A stretch of DNA of 64,000 nt from Squalus acanthias (Eukaryota), in NCBI GenBank assembly GCA_030390025.1, contig CM059449.1:34658001-34722000 (forward strand). The letters run 5' to 3'. The notes beneath the pieces are model-generated. The model was given only the letters and a program-made list of their open reading frames with translations, was not told where the DNA came from and made no database searches. Positions 50,135 to 61,975 of this stretch are shown here, piece after piece (the first letter of the stretch is position 1; each line of letters begins with the position of its first letter). A program made the translations under genes and the position numbers.

Positions 50135-50839
50135 ATTTATTTATACCGGGCAGGACCTTACAACTTACAAGGCGTTACCACACTGCAAGAGAGAGAATCT
50201 TCAGATTATGGGTATTTCAGTGTACCGGTCCTCAAACTGGGCCTGTGAACTATAATCTGGCTATTCAAATCTCTGCTAGGGATTGTAAATCACAACAAGT
50301 TCATTTACAGATTTTCAAAGACTGAAAGAAAGATCGATGAGATTGTAATGGGTGTATTTATTCTTATGTCCGTATTCAAACTCACAGCTTTAATGTCAGA
50401 GCAACATTAAATGATAAGTCATGTTGTAAAATGCGGGCTTCGTTCACTTTTGTAAATTGTATTGAAAAATACATTTAAATAAATCACAATACGTCATTTA
50501 TTTGAAATTGCGTTGTTTGAAAGGGAAGAATTGAAACGAATGGGCTCAAGCAGGGAAATCGAATTAGAGGAGATTGGTCAAATAGAGAATTAAAACACTT
50601 GGTAATGTCGTAAGTACATCAGTTGTTCTTTAGTATTTCCTGCGAGATGGAATGAAATATACATCTCTTTATGAAGAATGTGAAGTTTACTGCGGCTGCT
50701 GGCGCAGTTTTTACATTAGATTTGATTATTGACATTGAAAAACGCCCGGACATTACGTCACTAAACCGTTTAATTAGATTTGATTCAAGCGGTCAATTTG
50801 GCTAAAATCGAACTATTACAGCTGGAACACATATTTTAT

Positions 50840-51892
50840 CATGGATTGCGAATTGGTTAACAGACAGAAAACAAAGAGTAGGGATAAACGGGTCTTTTTC
50901 AGGACGGCAGGCTGTGACTAGTTGGGTACCGCAAGGATCGGTGCTTGGGCCCCAGCTATTCACAATCTATATCAATGATTTGGATGAGGGGACTAAATGT
51001 ACCATTTCCAAATTTGTTGATGATAGAAAGCTAGGGGGCAGTGTCAGTTGCGAAGAGGATGTGAAGAGGTATCAAGGGGATCTCGACAGGCTCATTGAAT
51101 TGGCAATAACATGGCAGATGGAATATAATGTGGATAAATGTTAAGTTATCCACTTAGGTAGAAAAATCAGAAAGGCAGAGTATTTCCTAAATGGTGAAAG
51201 ATTTGGGAATGCAGATGCTCACAGCGACAGGGGTGTCCTTGTACATGAGTCACTGAAAGTGAATGTGCAGGTGCTGCAAGCCATTAGGAAGGCTGGCCTT
51301 CATTACAAGAGGATTTGAGTACAGGAGTAAAGAAGTCTTACTCCAATTATATAGGGCCTCGGTTAGACCAAACCTGGAGTACTGTGTACAATTTTGGTCT
51401 CCTTACCTAAGGAAGGATATACTTGCCATAGAGGGAGTACAACGAAGGTTCACGAGATTGATTCCTGGGATGGCGGGACTGTCGTATGAGAAGAGATTGA
51501 GTAAACTAGGCCTGTATTCTCTTGAATTCAGAAGAATGAGAGGGGATATCATTGAAGTAAACAAAATTATTACATGGCTTGATACGCTGGATGCTGGGAG
51601 AATGTGTTCCTTAGCTGGGGACTCCAGAACTAGGGGCCACAGCATCAAGATAAAGAGTAGGCCATTCAGGACTGAGATGAGAAGACATTTCTTCACACAG
51701 AGGGTGGTGAATCTTTGGAATTCTCTACTCCAGAGGGCTGCGGAGGCTCAGTCATTGGGTATATTCAAAACAGAAGTCGATAGATTTCTGACTAGTAAAG
51801 GCATGAAGGGATATGGCGATAGGGCCGGTGAATAGATTTGAGGCAGAAGATCAGCCATGATTTCATTGAATGGCGGAGCAGGCTCGAAGGGC
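50840..51892 (+). mobile_element. CR1 LINE RT-to-3' end fragment
   Basis: VPQGSVLGPQLFTIYINDLDEG, VRPNLEYCVQFWSP, FFTQRVVNLWNSL. Confidence 0.9.
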
Positions 51893-52566
51893 TGTACGAG
51901 CTGTGTACACACCCGTAGGGACCTCGCAAGTGCCGGTTTCAAACATGCGAAGCGCATGCGCTGAAAACCGGCATTTCCGATCTGTCAAGAATCCTCTTGA
52001 CAGATCGCACCCCTGCCCTGGAGAAGGGCCTCTGTGGGCGGCGAGTTCCGCTTTCTGCAGAACCACCATCCGCTGAAATCGCTTAAAAATCTTATGCCTG
52101 GTAAAAGCAAGCGTAAGGACTGCTTTTACCATCATAAGAATTTAGAAAAACATTAAAACAATTTTTTTCACTCATTTATAATTGAAAAATAATTTGAAAA
52201 AAGGTAAGTTTATTTTTAGCCACGTAAGAAAACATTAATTGTTCTTTTCAAAAATTAAATTTTTGTTTAATGTAATTTTAACTCATTTTACAACGTGATT
52301 TACATTTTTTTTAATGTTTTGATATCTCCCTGTTAAAAGTATGAAGGGGGATATCCCTTCTCCCATTGGTTCGCCTGGCTCACGTGATCCCAAGGACGCT
52401 TGCGAACCGCCTGCGCCCCTGGGATGCCTGGGCCTCTGCGCATGCGCACCAGAAGAGGCCCAGGATCGGGAATGGCCGGTCCCGCGGGAGCACTCAGATC
52501 AGGGCGTAGATTTTTTCCACTGGAGGAATACGCATGCAGGAAGCCTCCTATCGGAAATTACGGGCC
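51893..52566 (-). mobile_element. MITE (reverse copy of the 15229-15991 family), one end truncated
   Basis: Reverse-complement match to 15229-15962; ends ggaaattacgggcc|att. Confidence 0.8.
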
Positions 52567-52617
52567 ATTTATCACTTCTAAAGAACAGTCGGGGCTGACA
52601 AACAATTATAAGGGGAT

Positions 52618-52790
52618 TACTGAAATAAAAACAGAAAATACTGGAAATACTCAGCAGCTCCATAACCTTCCGTCAGACCTGAACCGTTAACTGTGTTTCT
52701 CTCTCCACAGATGTTGCCTGACCTGTTGAGTATTTCCAGCATTTTCTGTTTTTATTTCAGTTTTCCAGCATTCGCAGTATTTTGCTGTTG
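52618..52790. mobile_element. Penelope-derived palindromic fragment
   Basis: aaataaaaacagaaaatactggaaatactcagcag ... ctgttgagtatttccagcattttctgtttttattt inverted pair; same sequence at 61530-61580 and 62960-63050. Confidence 0.55.
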
Positions 52791-53004
52791 AATTATAAGG
52801 GCTAATTTTCATCTCAGTGCCTCAGCCTAAGAGTTAGCCAGAGCGGGATTGCTTGTCATAAATTCAGCAGCTGCTCAGAATATCCTAATCATTGATATTA
52901 AAATGTTGAACAAAATAAATACTTAAACATTGAAATTATCCTGAAAAGGGTCACATGATTTCTGTTTATAAATCAGCTTTGTAGAACCGGTACAACACTC
53001 AGCT

Positions 53005-53295
53005 CTGGTTTAGAAGGCTACGGGTTCAAACTTGGCCCAGGAGTTGAACGGATGTCTCACTGAAGGAGCGCCACTTTGTCACGGGGGAAATTGTTGGAGT
53101 GATACATTGACCCAGGAGCCATCTTTCTGTTCTGGGTCATGTTAAAGTCTCTATGGCAGTATTCAAAGAGAGGTGAGCTCTCTCCTTTTCCTGGTCAAAA
53201 CACGACGCTAAATCAAAACCACCAAAGCAGCTTAACCGGCCCCTCGTCACATTGCTGTTATTGGGATCTTGCTGAACCCAGACTGGATCCACATT
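53005..53295 (+). mobile_element. Decayed SacSINE1-like SINE
   Basis: ctctggtttagaaggctacgggttcaaac head; central ctatggcagtattcaaagag...ctcctt..cctggtcaa. Confidence 0.5.
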
Positions 53296-54588
53296 TAACT
53301 ACAGAAGAAACGCAATTGCCTGGCACAAACGTCGATCATCAAGTCTAAGAGTCTCCAAGCCAACTTACTAAAATATCTATCCTTGCAGAACTTCTGGTTG
53401 CTTGACAGAACCGACACAACGTTTGCCCACGGGAACACACCCGACTCACCCAAATTCAGAAAGGTTAGGCACAGAGAGAGCAGAGCCATGGTTTACGAAC
53501 CTTTCTGAGGTACTTCTGGATTTTAACAAGTAAATCCGGGCATTTCACCAGTGCACCAAGGCAGTAAGATTATTTCTGCCTGTCAGAGTATGACATCCTC
53601 TCCTGATCGGCCTTTACAATGCCAGGTGATCTGGAGCCAAGTGACGAACAGTCGTGACTCCCAACAACACATCGACCCATCAGGGGTCCACCAGTGATCC
53701 ATACTAGCTGACAAATCGTCAACAGAGTACCACACGTGCCTGGTCCAGGTACCATTTTACTGAATTGATCACAGAGCAACAACGTGATTCTGACCCTTCA
53801 CTCAGGCATGTCATCCTGGAGTTACCTCCTACCTCCCTTCCCCCTAAGGAAAGTCGAAACCAGTTGCTCTATGGAAAACCGATCGCTCGTTTGATCCCTG
53901 AGTTGATGAATTGCGGATATCAGAAGATAGATCGGAGCCAAATGGTGGACAGTGCAGTTCACTATCGCGCCACCATCCTCTTGGCCACATAAAGGACACA
54001 CGGGGCTTCCCTTTGAATGCAGGTTCCACCAGTTGCGGCAGCAATAACTGCTCGCTCCGCTGCACTGGAATCAGGTAGGCCGTGAATATGGAGACATGGC
54101 TGAGTGCTTTAATACCCGAACTCCAGGTAATGCCATCAGCTGCAGCCGCCCTGAAAGAAACCAATAAGTAATTAATTAGTACTGGGAATGTGGTAGTTTT
54201 GTACTGTCACTGTCCCTTTCACCCGCTGGTGATCCCTCGCCAGATGCGAGGAGAAGGATTATTTAAATTAAAATGGAGACCCAGGCCCCACAGAAGCTGC
54301 ATAATGTTGGAGTGGAATTGCTATTGGCAACTCGAGCCATAGATGGCAGAGATTCGAATGTATTCCTTTATTTCTGGGCCTGTGATATGGGCCTCCTGTC
54401 CAAACGAGGACTGGTTGCTATTGGTTTTTTGAAATTTGGCGCCTTCGGTATATTTGTTATCTTACGTGAAAATATGCATAGGAAAAGAAAGAGAGCGGGA
54501 AAGATAAAGTGCCATATCATTATAAATGGATTCAGGGAATATATTGTGATCTATGTTGGGTAATTTCGGGCTGAGGTTTGATGACATT

Positions 54589-55172
54589 GGCCAGTATTAT
54601 TCCAAAGCCTGCGGGTGTCTATGCGCTGTGTCCACACCCGCAGGGACCTCGGAAGTGCCGTAATAATAAGGCCTGCTTTTACCAGCATAAGAGTTTAAAA
54701 AAGTTAAAAAAAAAATTTCACTCATTTATAATTTAAAAATACTTTTGAAAAAAGTGAAGTTTATTTTTAGCCCGGTAAAGAACTTTAATTATTTTTCCCC
54801 AAAATTAAATTGTTTAAAATTTTTAATTTAATGTAATTTTAACTAATTTTAAAACGTGATGTTTTTTTTAAAGTTTATTTAATGTTTTGATGGCTTTTTT
54901 CAGTGATCCCCATTCATACTTTTGACAGGTCTTCCTGTCAAATGTAGGAAGGGGGATTTCCCTTCTCCCATTGGCTCGCCTGGCCCACGAGATTCCAGGG
55001 ACGCTTGCGAACCACCTGCGCCCCTGGGATACCTGGGCCTCTGCGCGCGCGCACCAGGAGAGGCCCAGGAGCCGAAGAGTCCGGACCTCGGGAGCCCTGA
55101 GGTAAGGGTATAGATTTTTTCACGAAAGGAGGCATCCGTACGGAGGAAGCTTCCTACCGGAAATTACGGGCC
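54589..55172 (-). mobile_element. MITE with perfect ATT target-site duplication
   Basis: att|ggccagtattattcc ... ggaaattacgggcc|att; right end lies 8 bp past the stop codon of GPCR copy 3. Confidence 0.8.
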
Positions 55173-55180
55173 ATTGAGTT

Positions 55181-56094
55181 TCAATTTTTGTGAAGCCATA
55201 ACTTAACAATTAGAGACAAGGGATATTTAAGGATATTCTTCAGTTCCTCTCTGTACTTAGCCTGAGCCAATGCATAGAAAAATGTGTTTGTGCATGAACT
55301 CAAGCACTGAAGCATATATCCAGTCTGCTCCATGTTGGCGAATGGATCATTGTAATCTGTGAGCATAAACTGAATGTCTGCAAATTGTGTACATATGAAA
55401 TGTACAAAAATTACCATCCATAACAGTATAAAACAGCGAGAGATTGCCAGCAGTAATATGATCGATCTCCTTCAGTTCTCCTTCTCTGGATCACTGTGAT
55501 CCTCACTATTGTTGTTTCCCCGGAGTCCACTCCTTACTCTGCTGGCCCGGACAATGAACCTGATGGTCAGGGCATTGAGCAGCACAATCAACACAAATGG
55601 GGCAAATGGTGTTAGGACGATGTCAAAGAAGAAGTATGCTAAACAAATAGGTGAAGTAGAGAGGCTTGATTTTAAAATACAGAACCACGCTACATTGTCA
55701 ATAATTTCCAGGTGTTGATTTTCAAAGTAAATTGGAATGTTTTCTACAAAGCTCAGTCCAAACACAGTCGCTATTACTATGGCCGCAGTTCTTTCAGTGC
55801 AATATTTTCCTCTCAACTTCTGGCAACAAATGGCGACGAATCGATCAAAGGTGAAGGCGAGAGTTAACCAGACGGATCAATCAATGGCTCTAAAAACCAG
55901 GGCGATATTGAGACTGCAAACGGCAGTGTAGTTCAAGAAAGAATTTGGGAACTAAATGTCATTAATCTCATATAGTATTACATCAAATATTATCACCAGT
56001 AGATCTGCCGCTGCCATGGCCACCAGGTAACGAGTGATACATTTAGAAAGAGCGCACTTCCCACGGGAGAGAATCACAATCGCCACTAGATTTC
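55181..56094 (-). pseudogene. GPR139-like GPCR copy 3, exon 2, pseudogene
   Basis: Acceptor ttgtag| at 56095; full 7TM homology in one frame but TAG at 55952-55954 (Tyr of IYFP), TGA at 55877-55879 (Cys of IDCS) and TGA at 55472-55474 (Arg of ENRR). Confidence 0.92.
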
Positions 56095-58224
56095 CTACAA
56101 AAAACAGATAATACATAGAAAACGTACTAATTACACTCAATTCACATTAATAATCAGTTTGAGAATATGTTTTATGGAAATTAACTCGGGATATTTTGTG
56201 CAGTCGCCTAACTCAGTAATGGGGTGAAATTGGTCTCGGGCGGTGGCGCCAAACCGGCTCACAGCGAATCAGCAGCCGGTTTCACACCGCGTCCAGTTTA
56301 TGTTACCTGAAAAATCATTAACTGCCGCAGAATGAAGTGACATTGCCCAGGTAACACGGCGCTCCACAGACAATACGGTGATCAGACACATTAGTGCAAC
56401 GTCCATACAATTACTGAGAACACACAAGAGGCGAGCTGAGATGACCAGGGGGTAGATCTTGATATTGTGCATTAGTGTAAAGGGAGGATAGCGAGTCGGC
56501 CGCCCATTTTACACCTCTCCTGATTTCCCTTTCCAAATAGAACTAATAATCGGGAGAGATGTAAAACTGGGCGATAGCGTAAAACAGGCGATATCGGATC
56601 AGCTGCCCATTATCATTCTCTCCCAATATTCATTTCCATTGAAGTCAAAGGAAATAAATATCGGGAGAGATGTTTAACAGGCGGTTGATCCGAAATCGCT
56701 CGTTTTACAATATCGCCCAATGTCAAAATGACCCAAATTAATCAATGAATCGGTGAATCCCGGAATCAAAAATTCAAGAATCAACGATCAATGAATGAAT
56801 GAATCAATAAATCATTGAATCGTTCAATGAATGTTCAGAACATTGCAAAATACTAATGCAGGTGCTGAATATGCCTTGTGTGCGTGTTGATTCGACCGTC
56901 TGAAATTCCCACAGTTAGTCTAAATATATTAACGGACTTTGACTAAACTTTGTCGTTTTTCCTCGCATCCAATATATGGACTACGTCGAATTTGTACCAT
57001 AGATGATTAATTTTTTATTAGTTTCCCAATTCATCACGCCATTGAACTGTCTTGAATACTCAGTCCGCAGTTTGTTAACAGCCGCTCTTTTACTGTGATG
57101 TTTTGTACTAGAGTCTGTCCGTCACTCAGTCCTGTGCTCTATGTGGGGCGGGTTACATCTCTTTTTCAAATTGTACAGCCCTGGCCAACATTCTCAATTG
57201 ACTTTATTTACAAGGTGTATCATTTTAGAGAAACAATAAAGAATACGCGAGAACATAAATTCAAATTGTCAACTTTTACACTACATTAAACTACTTAAAA
57301 TAACAAGAAATGCCCCAGAGCTTAGAGTTTATCCAGATAATTTAATTAGCTGTTTGAGGAATGTAACTGGAGCGCATCTTTCCTGAAGGAATCTCAAGGC
57401 ACTGCTCTGGTTCATTAATTAAACAGAAGCGAATTGCAAACTGATTGCTTATAATCGTCTTGGCACAAGGATGAGCGAGGGTTTGTTGAGTGATTATTGA
57501 GGGTGCGCTCCTCTATCTCGGGTTCCTTGGATGGAACTGGCTGTTGCAGAATTAGGCTGTTCCCAGAAGTGTGGTTTGAGAGGCCGCTCTCCTATCCCGA
57601 CTCATTAGATGAAAGAACCACCTCCATCAAAAGTTAGGAATGTGTGAAAACATTACACTTTGCAAAAAGCCAAGATTACAAACACACTGGATCATTTACA
57701 TTAAAGGGAAATGCGAAACGACGGAAAATCATTCTGTTCGCAACTTTGGAAAATGAATTCCCGAAAATGTACCAGATGTGCACCGTGTACAACATTATTT
57801 CAAAGTCTGTATTGGGAACATGGATGTTGTCAGCGCTGTGGATGCTTTTCTACGTTAAAGGCGTTAAATAAATGCAAACTGTTGACATTTTAAAAAACAT
57901 GGCTTTACAAAACATAACTACAGATTGAAATGAAGTTGAGTTCTACTGCTGAATAATTAATACAACAATAGGATTGTGGGACGACCATTGACTCCTATGT
58001 GACAGGTTTACTGAACTCAGTATATTCACCCAGGCTGAGTGGCACCGGCTTAACATTAATCAACCTGCTGTTTACATATATATCAGGCCGTATTGATTGC
58101 TTTGTATTAAACTATTTCACTGACAATAATTAGAACTGTACATCTGAACAGATGACATTATTAGACCGGCAGCAAGAGTAGTAACACTCTGCAAAACAAG
58201 GAATAACTGATTATAGTATCTTAC

Positions 58225-58294
58225 CAGGAACAACAACCAGTGCAAGAATAGGATAGAACTTTTCTTCTATCTGTGGAATTATAGGTCGTTCCAT
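58225..58294 (-). CDS. GPR139-like GPCR exon 1 (copy 3; intact 70-nt exon)
   Basis: MERPIIPQIEEKFYPILALVVVP+G, donor gtaaga; same length and phase as 1971-2040. Confidence 0.85.
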
Positions 58295-58360
58295 TTTCTT
58301 AGAGGCGAAGTTAGCTCTTGTTGTGATTCTTACACCGATGCGATGTATTTAAATGAAACC

Positions 58361-58468
58361 AAATTATAATTTTGAGAAATGTCAAGTGGACAATTAGGTC
58401 AGGTGATAATTGATATTAGTTGCAGTCACGTAAAACAACGATTAAACAGCTGATGTTACTCCACTGCT
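58361..58468 (-). promoter_or_regulatory. Conserved GPCR promoter block (paralog of 2121-2230)
   Basis: gagaaatgtcaagtggacaattaggt...ataattgatattagttgcagtc...aaacaacgattaaacagctgatgttact aligns with the copy 1 upstream region; TATA-like ATTATAAT. Confidence 0.6.
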
Positions 58469-59229
58469 CAGCGGGAATAGAACCGTGTTATTCACTTATC
58501 CCTGTGGTAATGAGGGACACGAACAGGAGAATATTTTAAAAAATTATTTTAGATTTTTTCAATTACTTTGAAAGATGCAGTTGCTGAGTCATGGCTCATA
58601 ACAATCTATGGCGAGGCTTTCATTCATATGTTTCCACGTTAACAATTATACATATGTGATATTGATGATATAAGGGTTTGATTGGCACTATCAATGTTTG
58701 TAGATACATAGGTCCTGAATTTTCACCGGGCCAGTTGTACCCCCGTGGCGTAAGTCATCCCCGACTACAGTACGGCTTTAGGAAAATTCGATGTAACCCA
58801 ATTACTGGGGCTCCATAACTAGGCTGCGAATTGCTCAGGGGCCCAATTGGGGCAGGAACTCTGTCTGCCTCAAATAGGATGCGAGACACCGAAGTAGGTG
58901 CGACGGAGGGAGGCAATTCTCACGATGGGAGTCTCCTCGCTCCTGACCTCCCTACCACTCAGACACCTGGAAGCTGAATGAGCCTGGTACACAGATCTGC
59001 TCAGCAGTGCAACTGGGATCCAGTTGGAGAAAGAAACCTGTGGGCTGGACCCCCAGTCGGACTGTTAGTACCAACACTATTATCGGCGACTTACTGAAAT
59101 TCCTTACACAGACAGGTCCAGCAAATGAATTTTCCCCTCCAGAACCATTCAAGATGTGATTATTGTGACGCACATTATCAGCAGTGGTATTCAAATGAGA
59201 TGGCACCACCATCCATTAATACATCCTAC

Positions 59230-59980
59230 GATCCTAAGGAAGATAAGCTGAGGGGCAGATTCTCAAATTAGAACTAAGCCATTCACCAGTGAAATCAGGA
59301 TGTAGTTTTTCACACAAAGGGCAGTGGAACTCTGGAACTCTTTCACTCAAAAGTCTCTGGATACTGGGGGGTCACTTGACAATTGTAAGACTGAGATCGA
59401 TAGATTTTTGTTGGATAGGGGTATCAAGGGATATGGAGCAAAGACATATACACGGAGTTGATATACAAATCAGCCACGATCTAACTGTATGGCGGATCAG
59501 AGTTAAGGAGCTGAATGGCCGACTCCTGTTCCTATTGCTGTTATGTTCCTATGAGATGAGGGAGGACATTGCAGAGGTCCTAGAACTTATACATCATGGC
59601 ACCATTGAGCGTAGATGTGGGTTCGATGACTGGAGAGTCATAAATGTCATCGAGATAATCCTTGTAATTACAAACCAGTTAGACTAACATCTCTGGTCGG
59701 GAGATTTTTAAAATATTTCACTAAGGATGAAATTGTCACGTATCTAGATAAAGAGAAATAGTTAGAAGTAGCCAGCCAGAATTGCAAAAGTGATGATTGT
59801 GCTTGACAAATCTCATAGAATAAATTGATAAGCTTAACAGACATGACACCGAGGGGGAATGTGGCGGATGTGGTATACTGTGAGTTTGAGAAGGTCTTTG
59901 AGAAGGTGCCACGCAGGAGATTACTAGACAAGATTACCGGACGTTGAATTAGTGGACGGGTAGCAAAGGGGATTAAAATC
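59230..59980 (+). mobile_element. Old CR1 fragments (3' tail followed by an RT remnant)
   Basis: ttcacacaaagggcagtggaactctggaactc...ttatgttcctatg; ttgagaaggtctttgagaaggtgccacgc. Confidence 0.65.
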
Positions 59981-59984
59981 CATA

Positions 59985-61500
59985 TTTTTATTGATTCTCG
60001 GGATGTGGCATCTCTAGCCAGGCCGGCAGTTATTGCCGATCCCTAGTTGCTCTTGAGAAGGTGGTGATGGGGCTTCTTAAAGCACTGCAGTCCATGTGAT
60101 GCAGGTAATCCCACAATGTTGTTAGATAGGTAGTTCCAGGATATTGACGCAGCGACGATGTAAGAAGAGCAATATGTTTCTAAGTCGTGATGTTGTGTGA
60201 CTTGGAGGGGAACCTGGAGGTTGTGGTTTTCCTATACAACTAAAGCACTTGTCGTTTGAAGTGGTAGAAGTCGGGAGGTTGGGAGGAGCTGTCGAAGAAG
60301 TCTTGGCGAGTTGCTCAGGTGCATCCTGTAGTTAGTACACACAGTAACCATGGTGAGCTGGTGGTGGAGGGGCTGGTGTTAAAGGTGGTGGATGGGCTGT
60401 CAATCAAGTGGACTGCTTTGTCCTGGATGTCAAGTGGACTGCTTTGTCGATCTTCTTAAGTGTTCTGGCAGCTGCACACTTCCAGACAAGTGAAGAGTAG
60501 TTCATCAGAGTCCTGACTTTTGCCTTTAAGGTGGTGGAGGGGCTTTGGGGGTAAGGAGGTTACCCGTTCGCTGCAGAATACCCAACCTCTGAGCTGCTGC
60601 AGTAGCCACTAAATTTATATGGCTGGTCCAGTTGAGTTCCTGGTCAATGCTGGCACCCCAGAAAGTTGATGGTGGGGGATGCGGCGATGGTAATGCCAGT
60701 GAATGTCATGGGGATTTGTTTAAACTCTCTTTTTGGAAATGGTCGCTGCCTGGCACTTGTTTAGTGCAAAGGTTACTTGCCACTAACCAGACTAAGCCTG
60801 GAGTTTGAGTTCTGCAAGGACCACGCTGCTCCAGACCTCATTACAGCGTTATTCCAAACATGGATAAAAGAGCTGAATTCAGAGGTGAGGTGAGACTGTC
60901 CTTGACATCAAGGCACAATTTGACCAAGTGTGACCTCAAGGAGCCCCAGTAAAATTGAATTCAATGGGGATAAAGGGGAAATTCCATTGGCTGCAGTCAT
61001 ACCTAACATAAACGAAGATGGATCTGGTCGCAGGAGGCCAATCCTCTCAGCCCATGACATCATTACAAGTCTTGTTGCATGCGGGCACAGACTGCTTCAT
61101 TATCGGAGTAATTGAAAATGGAGCTGAACACTATGCAGTTATCAGCGAACAGCCCCAACTGTGGCTTTATGATGGAGGGAAGGTCATTGGTGAAGCAGTT
61201 GAATATAATTGGACCTGGAACGTTTCAATAATGAATTCCTGTAGCAATGTTTGGCCTAAGGCTGTATATGATGTGTGGAACAGCGTGGTCCTTGCGGAAC
61301 TCAAACTGAGCATCGGTGAGCAGGTTTATGTTGATTCGACTGGGTAGGGTGCGCCTTTTTCATGTCCGAAGCCGGTGCCGAGGTCGATGTCGGGTGGTCC
61401 GTCCGGTATTATTCTTATTATTGTTCTTCGTAGCGGTTTGGCACAACTGACTGGCTTGCTAGGCCATTTCAGAGGGCAGTTAAGAGTCAACCACATTGCA
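59985..61500 (-). mobile_element. Rearranged copy of the 3011-5716 LINE family (internal inversion 60803-61067, large deletion, probable 5' region)
   Basis: Segments match 4912-5716 (minus), about 4465-4725 (plus), about 4720-4900 and 4440-4520 (minus). Confidence 0.75.
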
Positions 61501-61975
61501 ACATAAAAGCAAAATTCGTCGGATGCTGTAAATCTGAAACAAAAACGGAAAGTTCTGGAAATACTCAGCAGGTCAGGCAGCATTTGTGGAACGAAAAGCA
61601 GAGTTAACGTTTTAGGCCGATTACCTTTCGTCAGAACTGGAAAAAGTTAGAGATGTAACAGGCTTTAAGCGAGTGCAGGGGCAGGGAAAGCGGGGAGGAG
61701 AGGAAAGAACAAAAGCGAAAGTCTCTGATAGGGTGGAAGGCTGGAGAGATTAAATAAAAAAGGTATGATTGTACAAGGCAAAAGGCGATGGTAATGGGAC
61801 AAGTGAAGTAACAAAAGATGGGCCGAGAAGAGGTGTTAATGGGAATAGCAGATTCATTAACAGCTGCCATCTGAAAAATGGGTGCAGAGGTAATGATCTG
61901 AAATTGTTGAACTCGTTGTTGATTCCAGAGGGCGGTAAAGTGCCTAATCGAAAGATGAGGAGCCGTCCCTCGAGA
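61501..61975 (-). mobile_element. Penelope-like element fragment (GIY-YIG C-terminus and terminal repeat)
   Basis: LEGRLLIFRLGTLPPSGINNEFNNFR; ctgcctgacctgctgagtatttccag terminal motif. Confidence 0.7.

Noticed and set aside
50155-50230. Degenerate exon 1 for GPCR copy 2 (minus strand ...cttgcagtgtggtaacgcctt|gtaagt)
   Set aside because: Weak resemblance to the LAV.G.P end of exon 1, but in-frame stop or frame mismatch, no ATG, no YP motif and no promoter block
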